Below, one piece after another: positions 52,459 through 64,000 of a stretch of 64,000 nucleotides of DNA. Numbering within the stretch: the stretch's first letter is position 1; every line of letters starts with the position of its first letter. Below the pieces are notes generated by a model, which worked only from the letters and a program-made list of their open reading frames with translations, was not told where the DNA came from and ran no database searches. The position numbers and the translations under genes are program-made. The stretch lies in NCBI GenBank assembly GCA_051294905.1, contig CM119371.1, positions 33,482,001 to 33,546,000 of the forward strand, read 5' to 3'. The stretch is from Botryllus schlosseri. Its lineage: Eukaryota.

Positions 52459-53941
52459 CAGGGGTTCTCAACTTCCCTTGTTTAACGGGCCGCATTTTAA
52501 CAGCAAATGACGCTGCGGGCCGCAGAACATTATTACCATGTATTTGTGGGCTGCTAGTACATTTGGGCTGCTGCAGCCTATCTACCAGTCATTTACGGGC
52601 ATTTATTACATTTTAATGCATTCTATAAAACATTGATGGACAGCGTTTGTAAGTTTGCAGTTTCTGTTTTTTTGTGAGTATATGTATATTCCAGCGGCGC
52701 AAGTAAATCCCTTCATGGCGCGTACATTGCATTCGTTGCCAAGTCGGTATATACACCTTCAAACCCTTCCACCAGAGATCCCAACCCTCTGTTTCAATGC
52801 GTGAGCGAGCAAGTATAAAATTACGGTAACTTTTTCGTTACAGAGGCCATTATCACTTTGAACTTTCAGTGATATGAGAAGAAGTCTGGCGTTCGGAGTC
52901 ATTTCTGAGCAAACCAATCAATTTTTCTCTTTTCCTTCCATGGCTGGTACCATGCACCAATAGTTACAGAAGTCAGCTTTGTCAAGTTTATGTTTTCAGT
53001 TGGTCCCCTCCCCACGTTTGCCCTGTCAGCATTTCCTCCCCAAATATGTCCACTCTGATAGAATGCACCCAGATAATTATCTATGCAATGTCTGTGGAGT
53101 GGGTGGTTTCGTCCAATGCTAGGCTGAAGTATAGTCACGCGACAACGTGTTTCAGAACATGCGATAAAAGATAGACTGACATTGCTGTTACTCTTCTGGT
53201 CACGTTCGAATCAGACAATTGTAGCTTCGAAGTTTGCCATGTGATGTTGTCCTTGCTGATAAATTCCGGAAACCGCAAATATTCGCACACAGTATCTTAA
53301 AGTTCTATTCGTTCTCTAGCAGATTTCTTGGGTTTAGCGTTATTCTAAGTAATTTTGAACGATGCGTCTGTATAACGTCGTCGTTCATTTTAACAATGCC
53401 TCGAAATATGGATTGCTGGGCTTGACACCTAAGTAGCAACGTTTTTTTCCAAGAGGACGATATGTATAACTCCAGAATATCGTGACGTAGTCGTGGTATC
53501 ATTTTAAGTTTCTATGTTTCCTTACGACATCTGTTCTTCGACAAATATGACACATTGATTTTCCATTTATATCTAAAAAGCAAATTCATTGTTCCACGCA
53601 GAGTTATAAACGCAGTTTTCGCCGTTTAATTTCACGATCCTCGTTCTTGTTTCCGTTCCAACCATTCGCGGTAAGTGAAACAGTCTTTAAAAGTGTACTG
53701 CGCAGCGTGGTTCTCTTGAACCAGAGTCCAGCCGAATGCAAATTCAAAACAATAACAATCTAAACTCGAGCATAGAAACCAGAACACCTGAGTAATCAAA
53801 CGAAGCAGTGACGGTGCGATAAGAGAGCTATGTAGCTAAATTAATATGTAAAAATACTGGGCCACGAGCAATGGCGTTCATAATGTAAGACGTCGCGGGC
53901 CGCAAAATAAACGTCTGCGGGCCGCGGGTTGAGAACCCCTG
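52459..53941 (-). mobile_element. Decayed hAT (Buster-type) element
   Basis: TIR CAGGGGTTCTCAAC, perfect TSD CAATAGAC. Broken minus-strand reading frames lie inside. Confidence 0.88.
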
Positions 53942-56900
53942 CAATAGACTAAAGAGGATTCGGAGGCAAAGAAGCGTGTGTATTCACTATCATGATATAT
54001 ATACCAAGCAACAGTGGTAGTAGTGTCAAGCATATGTTCGACTTTCAATCTGGAACCTACAATAAGAGCAGATTAATTTGGCAAATTCAAATTTATGACA
54101 AAGTTATTTAGTTCAGCTTGATTCAACTTTATATAGCTGCTGATCACCATCACGCTCATGCTGAGAACATTCTTCAGACTTCACCGAGAGAATCTTCTTC
54201 AGCTGTTGAAGGCAATGGAATTGTGACATCTGGTCCATGAGGAATCGGTCATATTGTGCAAGTCAAATTGGATATAGAATTTTATGCTGATTTTTGACAT
54301 TGAATGAAAAAAAACATGAGCAAAAGTAACAATCTTTTCCATGTCCATATGGCTCTCTCCAAACCATTGGCACACAAAATGCTAAAGATTTTTCAAATGC
54401 TTTACAGCCTCAATGTCGCTATATTTTTCATTCAGTTTGCAGTGCATTCCTCTTCCTTACATTGACTAGCCCCAGGTGGGTGTCTGATTTCAAGGACTAT
54501 TCCGAGTCGACGCCTTCCTATCTTTTCATTGTATCGCAGTCTTTAAAAGGAAGAAAATATTAATAAATTGATACTGATATCAAAAACTAGACTTAAAATA
54601 CTTACTTTTTACATAATTATAAAATGTCACTTTTACTTCTACTGGAGTAGAGATTGACGCCGTTACTTCTACTTCTACTTGAGTACATATGATAAGTACG
54701 TTGACCACCTGTGATGACGTCACAATGGTCATAGCTTTGACTCAACAGCAAGCAAAATTTTAAATCACAGATTATAAAAAATCTTGACGTGATAGAAAAA
54801 AATGACTTCATATTCGTAATCAGTGGACGAAAATTGACTTAATAGTCATCATTTTGGCCAAAAAACAAAAATCATGTCGACCAGTGTAATTATACTTGGC
54901 AATTTACCATCAATTTTGCATTCAACATAAACAATCGGTGTATGTTCAGGAATTACATGAAGTCAAGGCCTATATGTAAAATAATATTCTTCAACTGACC
55001 AAACCACTCAGTTTAATAGTAATACTTCAGTGGAATAGACTGCAATTGCCGTGACCCAGTGTGGAACGCCCTGCGCCCTCTTACGGCTCATACACCCTAT
55101 AATATAAAACACGCCATTATATCACATTGTACCACGCTGTATATCACGTGACCACGCCCTTCTTCTTGTATCGCGCCATATATAAACGCGCACATTCAGA
55201 TATCCCACATGGGACTCATACGCTACTACTGTTCATATTCATTCGACCAATACATCTATCTGAGGCAATTGTCGTCGCATGCATCGTTGAGCTGTCAGAT
55301 CAAGGAATAACGCAGGGCCAGGCGTTCGCCACCGCTACAGGTTATCCGACAACGCTACGTTCTCTACATGGTGCATCTCGTGAGATGATTTCGGCTTCAA
55401 CGAAAGACGCATCGCCGCCTCAATATGGGATTTAATTCGTCAACCACTATGGACACTCCGGAAACCGAACTCGGACTCCCAAACCTTACGGTACAGTTTT
55501 TTGCATATACGAATTGTCGAACGAAAGCAGTTTTGCATTTACAGTTCCATTTAATTCGTGTGTTATTGTTCGCTACATGTACTATGGTTTATATATCTGC
55601 CGCTGCAATACGTAGCAACGATCCGGTCATGTTTCTGGTTTTAGTAGATCAATATAATTTTCCTAACGTTCGAAACCAACATTCGATTCACTACTTCGAC
55701 GATACCTCGAAATTTCCGCGCTCAAACCGCATATTTGAAGTGCAGGGTTTACTTATGAACGCCGACATAAGCGCGTTTACGGCTATGATGTAAAATCCAC
55801 GTTCGTTCTGCATTTTTTTTAAAACAACCCAACAAAATTTCGAATCATGATTCGTTATTCCACCATTTTGTTTCGGATTCATGACTTTAACATAAGTCCG
55901 CACAGCCTTGATATTACTGGTTGCCACCTTGTTATTGGCCAGGTGATATCTTCTTCATTTTAACATTCGAGTACTCTATAAGTCTATGTACTCGGACTAT
56001 ACATTTATTAACAATCAATCGAATTGCATATTAATTCAAATACGGACTTACGGGATTACTACTCCATCAATTGCTTTGGAGATTTATTCCCCGCGTGCTT
56101 TTGGGATTCGCGCTTAGATTGTCCGCTGCTAATTTCAACAGTCATAGTGCACAACTGTCATTTGCTAACAGACGTGTATTATTCCGTCATGTTGTTCTAA
56201 GGCATTCTCAATTTCTAACAGTAATTTCAACTGTTCTAACGTACCCTCACAATCTGGTTCGTATATGACCCCATTGTCGGCACGGGACAATTTTTAATTT
56301 GCTACGCGTTGCCTAAGCGCTAGTTAGTACTTAATTCGTTACCGTACATGTGTGTCTGTTTCGATAAACAATAGATTCACAACGAAATATCTTCAGCCAT
56401 TTTGTGCGGCAGATTTAATCGCTATTTAAAGCTAATGTCTGTGGTTATTATCGGTCACTCAGCCAAGGTCTAAACTTTGGGTATTAACTACGCATTTCAA
56501 TATAGCAATACTATTCTTTCTGTGTAGCGCAGATAATTTTTTTCAACTCATTCATTTTTCCTTAACGTGAAATAAACTTCAAAGTTAAACGCGTTCTAAT
56601 CACCATGCTTACTTGATATATTTCTACCACAATGGTGATATCATTTTAATTACAATACAGCGTTACTGGAACATATCGTTAAGTATCGTTATTCACCTAA
56701 TCTTACCTCCACATTGAGCTTGAATTTATATGTTGTATACGGAGGTTATTTTCCCCTTTTATAACATCCGAGACATCTTATGCCAGGAGGATTCGATACC
56801 TTTACACTCCTTGTTGCATATTAAAATACAAAACTCGGAAGTTTACCAACAGTTTGTTGAATTTCGGTTCGTTCTTATATATTACGCACTGCTCATTATT

Positions 56901-59900
56901 TCCCATAACGTTCAACAACTTCACTGTTTTACGCGCAAATGCGATTAGCGCGTACATTATGTCCTTACCAAATTGCCTATTCATGGAATGTGATAAATTC
57001 ACGGACACAGCTTTATACTAGGTATTTGACATATTCGCTTACTTCTATTTACCTTTACCTAAATAAGGGCGCTTTAACATTCTTGAATTTTTTTTCCGCA
57101 ATAGGCTACTATGTCCATTTACCCGCGATGCCGTCAACGTAGTCACATGCGATACATATATATTTTATCTGCAATGCAATTCGGACGCAGTAATATCATT
57201 TAAATATCCCGTGATATATTTGATCACGGACATTTCCCCGTTTATATGCTACTCCTACAACTTGGGAAATCGAGAATTGACTCGGTTTGTGCTGTGATCC
57301 AAGGGGCTTATTTCGACCCGGGGATATCCGAGTCTGTTCTCGAGCGTTGACTACGGGATTGCATGAGCTGGCCATGGACGACCGCCCTGATCAAGCGATC
57401 GGTCATTGCTCGATGCTGTAATTAAACTCGTGTCTCCAGCGCCCAGACTCGCGATATTTACGAGATATGTACTGATGTTCACACCACGTCTGGATCATTT
57501 TTTGTGTCTACCGAGAGACCGCATTTACAATGGCGTTACCGTCAATGTATATGATATATATACGTTTTATTTTGACGCACGAGTCTTAATCGCATAGCTC
57601 GGGCACACTGTCGCCGACGTGTTTACCGGTCCACGTCCATCTCCGGAGAATTATTTATATATCTGGATAGCATATGACGCACAAATCCCGCGATATGTGT
57701 GGATTTGTGGTATACTATACATACAGTATACATCGCTTTGGGAACTTTCTCGACCTAACTGCGTGTTCGCTGCACTCAGATAGTATAGTTTGATTGCTTC
57801 TGACACACACATATTTTGGCTACAATTAAAGCAATTATGAATATTATGGACATCTCTTATCTTTATTTTCACGCTGCGACTTCGTAATATTGACGGCACC
57901 AATGTCCCCGCGTTACACGCTTCAATTTCATTCAAATTAACATGACAATATTTCAATACTATACGTTTTTGAGCTTGTCAACACACCCGGCATATCCGGC
58001 ATAACTTCTATCGACTTCTAGATTGGGAACTATATTCAACCCTATTACAAAGTACCGACAACGTACCGTTATCACCAAGAGGTCGTATTACTTTTCTCTT
58101 AATTGACGCTACTCATAACATTATATATACCGCTTCAACGCCTTCTTATAAGCATTAAGCACTGCGCGTCCGGGACTAATATTCATTATTACATGACACG
58201 GCATATTCTACGCGCAATGTCTCTTCTTTGTTCACTCTAATAATTGTTGTCACAAATATCAAAACCTTCGAGTTTGTTAAAATACCCGGAATCTCCGGTA
58301 TAGTTTACATGTCCCAGCCGCATTATAGTATTTCTTATTACGCAATGCACGTGGTCTTTACGTCACGCTAGCGCGTCACGAAACATTTTCAGATACAATT
58401 GGTATTCCCAACCAAAACATATCTGGTCGCGGCTGCGTAAGGCTTCCTTATCGTATTGCATTTGCCTGATTTTACACGTTATGTTATTTCGTGTGTAGGC
58501 TTGCTATTAAATGCATATTTTTTTTCGCAAATACTGCTTTCGTCTCGTTTTAGATTCGTATATTCGAACAAAACGTATCACTCCGCCGGGGATCGCCGAA
58601 TTGCCGAATGCCGACATGCTCATGCTCAGCTCATACAAGGACGATTCACTCTCCGCTCCGGATAAAATATACGCCGGACACGAGGAACTGGTACACTATT
58701 TTTACTGCGCGACCCATAAAGGCCTCACTACTCGGAGAATACATGTACCATGTACTGTACGACATCAGCTACGCCTATCGCGCTTTGGTACGATTAAACC
58801 TGTCGTAATCGTGAAGCACAACGCGAATTTTTCGTTGTTCGCGTATATACCAAATATACCAGTATTCCGCAGCAGAGTCGCTCTGGATAAATTGGCCTTA
58901 TAAAATATATCAAGGAGCTCTAACTTTAACGCTTAACCGGCATTTTCGCGATCCCACGGCTAATTTATATAGCTCTCGCTGTCATACACAGCGGACGAAC
59001 TAATTTTACGTTCGCAACCACATGGCAAAACTGCTAATAATCATTGTTCGGTCTTTGCAAAAGACACATTCGCATTTTACAACGCAGCGAATTTCGTAAT
59101 CCTTGAAATTCTATGATTCATGGACCTTTTCTATATATATCGCTTTGCTGGGATATTATTATATTATTTCTCGGCCATTGCAAGTGGAAAGCAATTCCTC
59201 TTGCTACTTAATTTTGTGTGATGTGATAATCGTTCTCCTAGCTGTTATGGTCATGGGATTTCTAGCGGCAAACAATAACACACATCTGGTTGTCCTATTT
59301 TCGTTCGTAAATAGGGTTACCGGATTCTTCCCACACTAATTATCCCTTCGTCGCAGTGGATAAGTATTGAGAACACAGTGCCGGTTGTTGCCCTATATTA
59401 GATCGATTGGCGGCAATTTGAATCCCTTTGTCGGTCCTCGCAATCCGTTTCTCTTTTTCCTATCTTTTTCTCTTTCATTTTAATAAAGCAATAATACAAT
59501 TGCCTTTTTCTTAACCCTAATGCCGTAATGCAATGGTATCTTGAACCACGTGTTTCGGCTATCACACTTTAAGAATACGGTATTCCCAACATACACATTA
59601 CACACTTGTTACATAGCAATTATTGCCGTTACCTATCCAATTGACCATACGATTACCCATCGTCATACTCCATACATGTACCCAAATCTGCCCGGCATTT
59701 TAGTTCGGTTTCCAATCGGGATGTTGTTTTTACGATATAACGGAGACTGCGTTAAGGCCGTTTCCTTTCTGCGCATTTATTTTTCGTTCTCGTCCGGTAT
59801 TGTCCTTCTAATAAAATACAAAATTTAGCCTCAGATACGCAATTCGCTGTCCTTTTCATTTTGATTAGGTTATATTCAATCCAACCCATTGGGCTCGAAA

Positions 59901-60479
59901 GTCACGTGACTTTTCAGCATAGCAACAACCGTCTGGGGCCAAGCGCGTTTCTGGTATCATCTTCTCTGCGACAGTAATGCATTTGTATGTCGCAATTTCT
60001 GCTACTGCGCTGGTCTTTGCTGTCACATTATGTGTTTGTGTTACAGGATTGATTTTTTTTCGTGCAGATAGATGACAATGTATAGTATTCAATTAACATG
60101 ATGGAGTATAGAGCAGTTTAAGATAGCCTATGTCAAACAAGTAATTCCAAGGTTTAGTACCTTCATCTGGACCTACCAACTATTCATCGTATGGCTGCAG
60201 CATTATTATGCTTGAAGTGTATAGCCTACTTATCGACACGGAGACAGTGATCAGTCAACATCGGAGATTAGTAATATTGTAACATTACCGTACCGTGTTA
60301 AATTTGATTTCAGATGGATTTGGTTAAGCTACTTTTACGATTTGCGAGTTCTTCAAAAATAATCCGAATCTGGTCAGAAGTCAAAATGATTTAGACAACG
60401 ACCATCCAATATCAGCAACGTATGGTGGTGATGGCAGAGAATTGGGAAATATTCAGTTCAGCCATGAGTAGAATGAAAG

Positions 60480-60700
60480 TTTATGACGTAGAGGTTGGTA
60501 ACTGCAAAATTACCTGAAAGATTGGGGAAGCGTTGCAATTGAGTTCGAATTCCACTTGACGCAAGTGAGTCGGAGGCTTATCTGGACTCCCCACTGCTTA
60601 CCTTACTACATGAGCAGCGTCATGTAATCAAGCCCAGATGGCTAAGTAAAGCCGATGAGGCTCTAAAATCGGTACCACTGACGAGGACGTATGGAAGCAA
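60480..60700 (+). mobile_element. Old tRNA-derived SINE related to the 1368-1531 family
   Basis: B-box-like GAGTTCGAATTCC followed by GTCGGAGGCTTATCTGGACTCC, similar to the SINE body. Confidence 0.45.
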
Positions 60701-61165
60701 GCAAGAGAAGAAAGATGGTGAACGAATGGGTGACAGGAACTCAGAAAAAGCTTATCAAAAAGCAAAGAGACCTTTGAACTTTAAAGCATTTATGTTGTGG
60801 TGCAAACAGACGATCATCATCATCATCATTGGTTTATTAGCATCAGTTCAATACACCACAAAATGCAATACAATGAAAAGGCAGGAAGATGTCGAAGCGG
60901 CTTGGAGTAGTCTATGGAATCAGACACCCATCTTGGCCTAGGCGATGTAAAGAGGAGGCATGCACACTGAATGAAAGTAAAGATAGTATTTCCACCTTTT
61001 CAGATTACTATGTAATATTGCATACTTGCCATGGGAGTGTTATATTTTTGAAAGTAGTTTTAGGACATGTTTGCGGCACTTTTGTGATGTGTGTATTGAT
61101 AGATATCAAGTGTCCCTATTCTACCACATCAAATCAAGATCATTAATAGACTTGAGCGTTTAGAA

Positions 61166-61888
61166 CAGGGGCGGGCAACATACGGCCCGCCGACAGTTTC
61201 CAGACTTGCATGATAATGTGACCCGCGGCCCTAGTATGCTGATATTCCCAACTACTTGCTTACTACGTGAAACTTTAGTGACTGTACGTTATACACGTGA
61301 GTGCGCAGCGTGCGAGAGTGGATCTTACGCTTCAGTTCGTCGAAGCGAGAAGACTTGCTTTATCGGCATTTACGATGTACTTAACCCTAAAGTTGTTTGC
61401 TGTAATCATGGTGTTTGACGACTACAATGGTCATCTACACCAGGCCCATATTTTTATTTTTTATTCCGTAACCGCTAACTTGTAGCACGGCACGCTTCTA
61501 GGCTTTTGAAATACACCGCTTATACAGATGACATGGCGAGGAGGAGCCCAGATAAACCTCCGACACTTGGGTAGGAATTCTGGAGTCGACCTCGGTCAGA
61601 CTCGAACCCACAATGCCTTGGTTGTGTAGCTGTGGATTATGCCAGGGCCTACCCTATCTCTTCACCTACTCAACCCTAATGAATTGATATCTTGGTAAAT
61701 TTTGGGTACCGGGCTTATCGAACGCCTTGTCTTCGTCATTATTGACGAGAATTGGCTTTGAAACGACATTACCGTTGTTTAAATACATTCATTAATTACG
61801 ATTTATTCCTTGTATATGCGGATAAATGGGCGAATAATGTATCGATTCAGCTATCCGGCCCGCCGACTGGAGAAGTTGCCCGCCCCTG
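61166..61888. mobile_element. Non-autonomous hAT containing a SINE copy (~61497-61660, minus)
   Basis: TIR CAGGGGCGGGCAAC, TSD GTTTAGAA. Confidence 0.9.
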
Positions 61889-62599
61889 GTTTAGAAGAAA
61901 GTCTTCATTTTGAAATGAGTCGGTGATACTATAGTACTTGCCCAGCATCACAAGTACTTTGACAAGTGCAGGGCAGCTTGTGCATTGCATACTCAAAACG
62001 TATGCCATTTATTTGTTTTGGACCCGATGATACCGCAAGATTCTGAATAGAAGAACTACCTAATTCTGATATATTAATATTTCCACAACAATACTTTCTT
62101 AATCTTGCATGCTGTCGCTTGATTTTACAAAATTCTAAGAGTGCTCTAAGGGTGCTGATGAAATTAATAACTGGCCAATAAATTCGACAAATTCACAACT
62201 TGAGAATGTATTTCCTTTGTACCGAGAATGAGACAAATAGAATGTAGGTATTGGTCACAGATTAGGTATTCCTGATTAATGTTGCCAACTTGCCATAAAC
62301 AGATGCAGTTTTGACTTAAGCTATACACTGCTACTGTGGAGGTAGTCTTAAACTGACGACTCACTTAAACACACAGAGTTGGCTTGAAACTGGGCAGGCA
62401 TAAGCAATACAATCGAGAGGACTGTGTTGGTATATCGAAATTGACGTAAACGAGAATAACAGCAAGCAGTGTAACTGTGAGTTCTCCATGGCAATCTGTA
62501 GTTATTGCGTTGCTGCATCGCGTCGACGTCAGTATCTTCTATTGACAATTGCCACGATCCTGAACGGCGTCTGTGTAAATTTAGGGTGCTCTGGCCCTG

Positions 62600-63060
62600 G
62601 CACTGAGAACGACGGTAAGGGATACAAGTATTGTTGGGTCCGTATGGTTACGAGGCTGGTCTCACACAAATGACCTACTGGTGGCGTTGATGTACCGTAT
62701 GTCGACAACAATGTCAGTTCCTTCCCAGCGTTTTGGGTGGATTTCTACCAAGTTCAGGACATATATGTGGTCCCGACTTTTAAGGCCGGTAGCGTCTTGA
62801 AGTGTTCGCTCCACCTCTCTACGGTGACGTCATTCCATAGACAGTTGAGCTGCATTTTCTCACGATTCAAGGGGTAAATAGCGTGCGTGTGCTTCTCGTT
62901 CTTGCGATGAAGGAGATGGTGTCTTCTGGAGAGCAGTTTTTGGCAGAGATACCAATTGCATCATACAAGATGCCGGGATCAGAGATGCTCCGGATATGGT
63001 TTACGTATAGCGCACAGTGCAACTTCACTAGCACAGCAATCAGGTACAGATTAGTGAGGC
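62600..63060 (-). pseudogene. Decayed Gypsy integrase C-terminal fragment
   Basis: ERWSEHFKTLPALKVG followed, after a frameshift, by HIYVLNLVEIHPKRWEGTDIVVDIR. Confidence 0.55.
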
Positions 63061-64000
63061 TAGCATAGGGTTGCCATTGCCATACGTCCGGAATTTCCCG
63101 GACATGTCCGGAATTTCACTGTTAAAACTGCGTCCGGGAGGAATTTCTAAAATATGCCTAAATGTCCGGAATTTCGAATGCTTGAAGTATGCTCATATCT
63201 TTTTTTCGTAAATCAACCTAAACAAGACTATTTTTGGGCAGATTTTTGCTACATGAAATTTTTCTTCGCGCTGCGCGCGATTTAGTATCATATATATATT
63301 GGTTTTAAGATGGGGACTAGCGCCCTCGCAAAAACTGCGATCAAAAAATAAATAAAAAATAACATTCATTTACAAAAAGAAGTCTAATTGTAATCGCAAT
63401 TACAAGATAGCGGTATTCATAGAGTCGTCGTCTTAGGTCGTTTGGATGCTTTATTCAAAGATATTGGTTCTAAACCTGGGGGTAGTTTGCCTTTATTCTG
63501 GGGTTCGCGAAGATGTTGAACGTAAGTAGCTTCCAAAATTGGCTGTGAGTAAGTCTGGGCAAATGTGCCGACGTTTAATTAGTAATCAGCTCATCAAATT
63601 TTGAGCTGGGCCACGGCACATTTTCAAATTGGAAATGGATTCGCGACCATAAAAGGTTGGAAAACACCGGATGTGCGGTGTTTATATAGCTCAGTGGTGA
63701 AGTGCACACCCGCATTAGGCTGATAAATAATCTTATCGGCGTGACATGACACATGACTTAACGATGTACAATTACGCCCCTTGCATTTTCGAAGTCATCA
63801 TCCTACATCAGATCTATTCTACCGCTGACTTTGATTATGTGGACGGAGAGAGCATTAAAATTATACAGTATTATATGGAAGAGCCAATATTATTGACACA
63901 ATTCATTCAAATCATTTAACGACCAGATACATATAATAAACCCCCAGAAGTTGCATCGAATACCCTACGATGGGCCCAAGATCAGTGTTTATTTGGGTGG

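Noticed and set aside
59601..59640. Minus-strand GNGNNCYVTSV resembling a ubiquitin-specific protease Cys box
   Set aside because: It is short, flanked by stops, and no His box was found; a chance match is likely.
63676..63760. TAGCTCAGTGG A box as a tRNA gene
   Set aside because: No B box or cloverleaf follows; at most it is a SINE remnant.

Overview
This is AT-rich, intron-bearing, repeat-dense eukaryotic DNA, most likely from an invertebrate animal (inference). The main host feature is absent from the ORF track. It is a complete six-exon + strand gene (5108..5190, 7963..8218, 26205..26314, 36811..36977, 44127..44277, 50941..51139; all introns GT-AG and phase-compatible; 966 nt, 321 aa) encoding a divergent SMUG1-family uracil-DNA glycosylase with an altered specificity loop and wedge motif. 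Its introns and flanks are filled with mobile DNA: the end of a Polinton/Maverick-like element (adenain-type protease, AGTAGT terminus) with two further relics of the same family, a full-length but frameshifted Gypsy LTR element inside a foldback, a decayed Harbinger, many nested hAT elements with 8-bp TSDs, L2/CR1-type LINE pieces, tRNA-derived SINEs, and two Penelope fragments, one keeping a minimal hammerhead ribozyme. A ~4.8-kb repeat-free block (~55050-59865) could not be explained. All calls were made by eye, without database searches.
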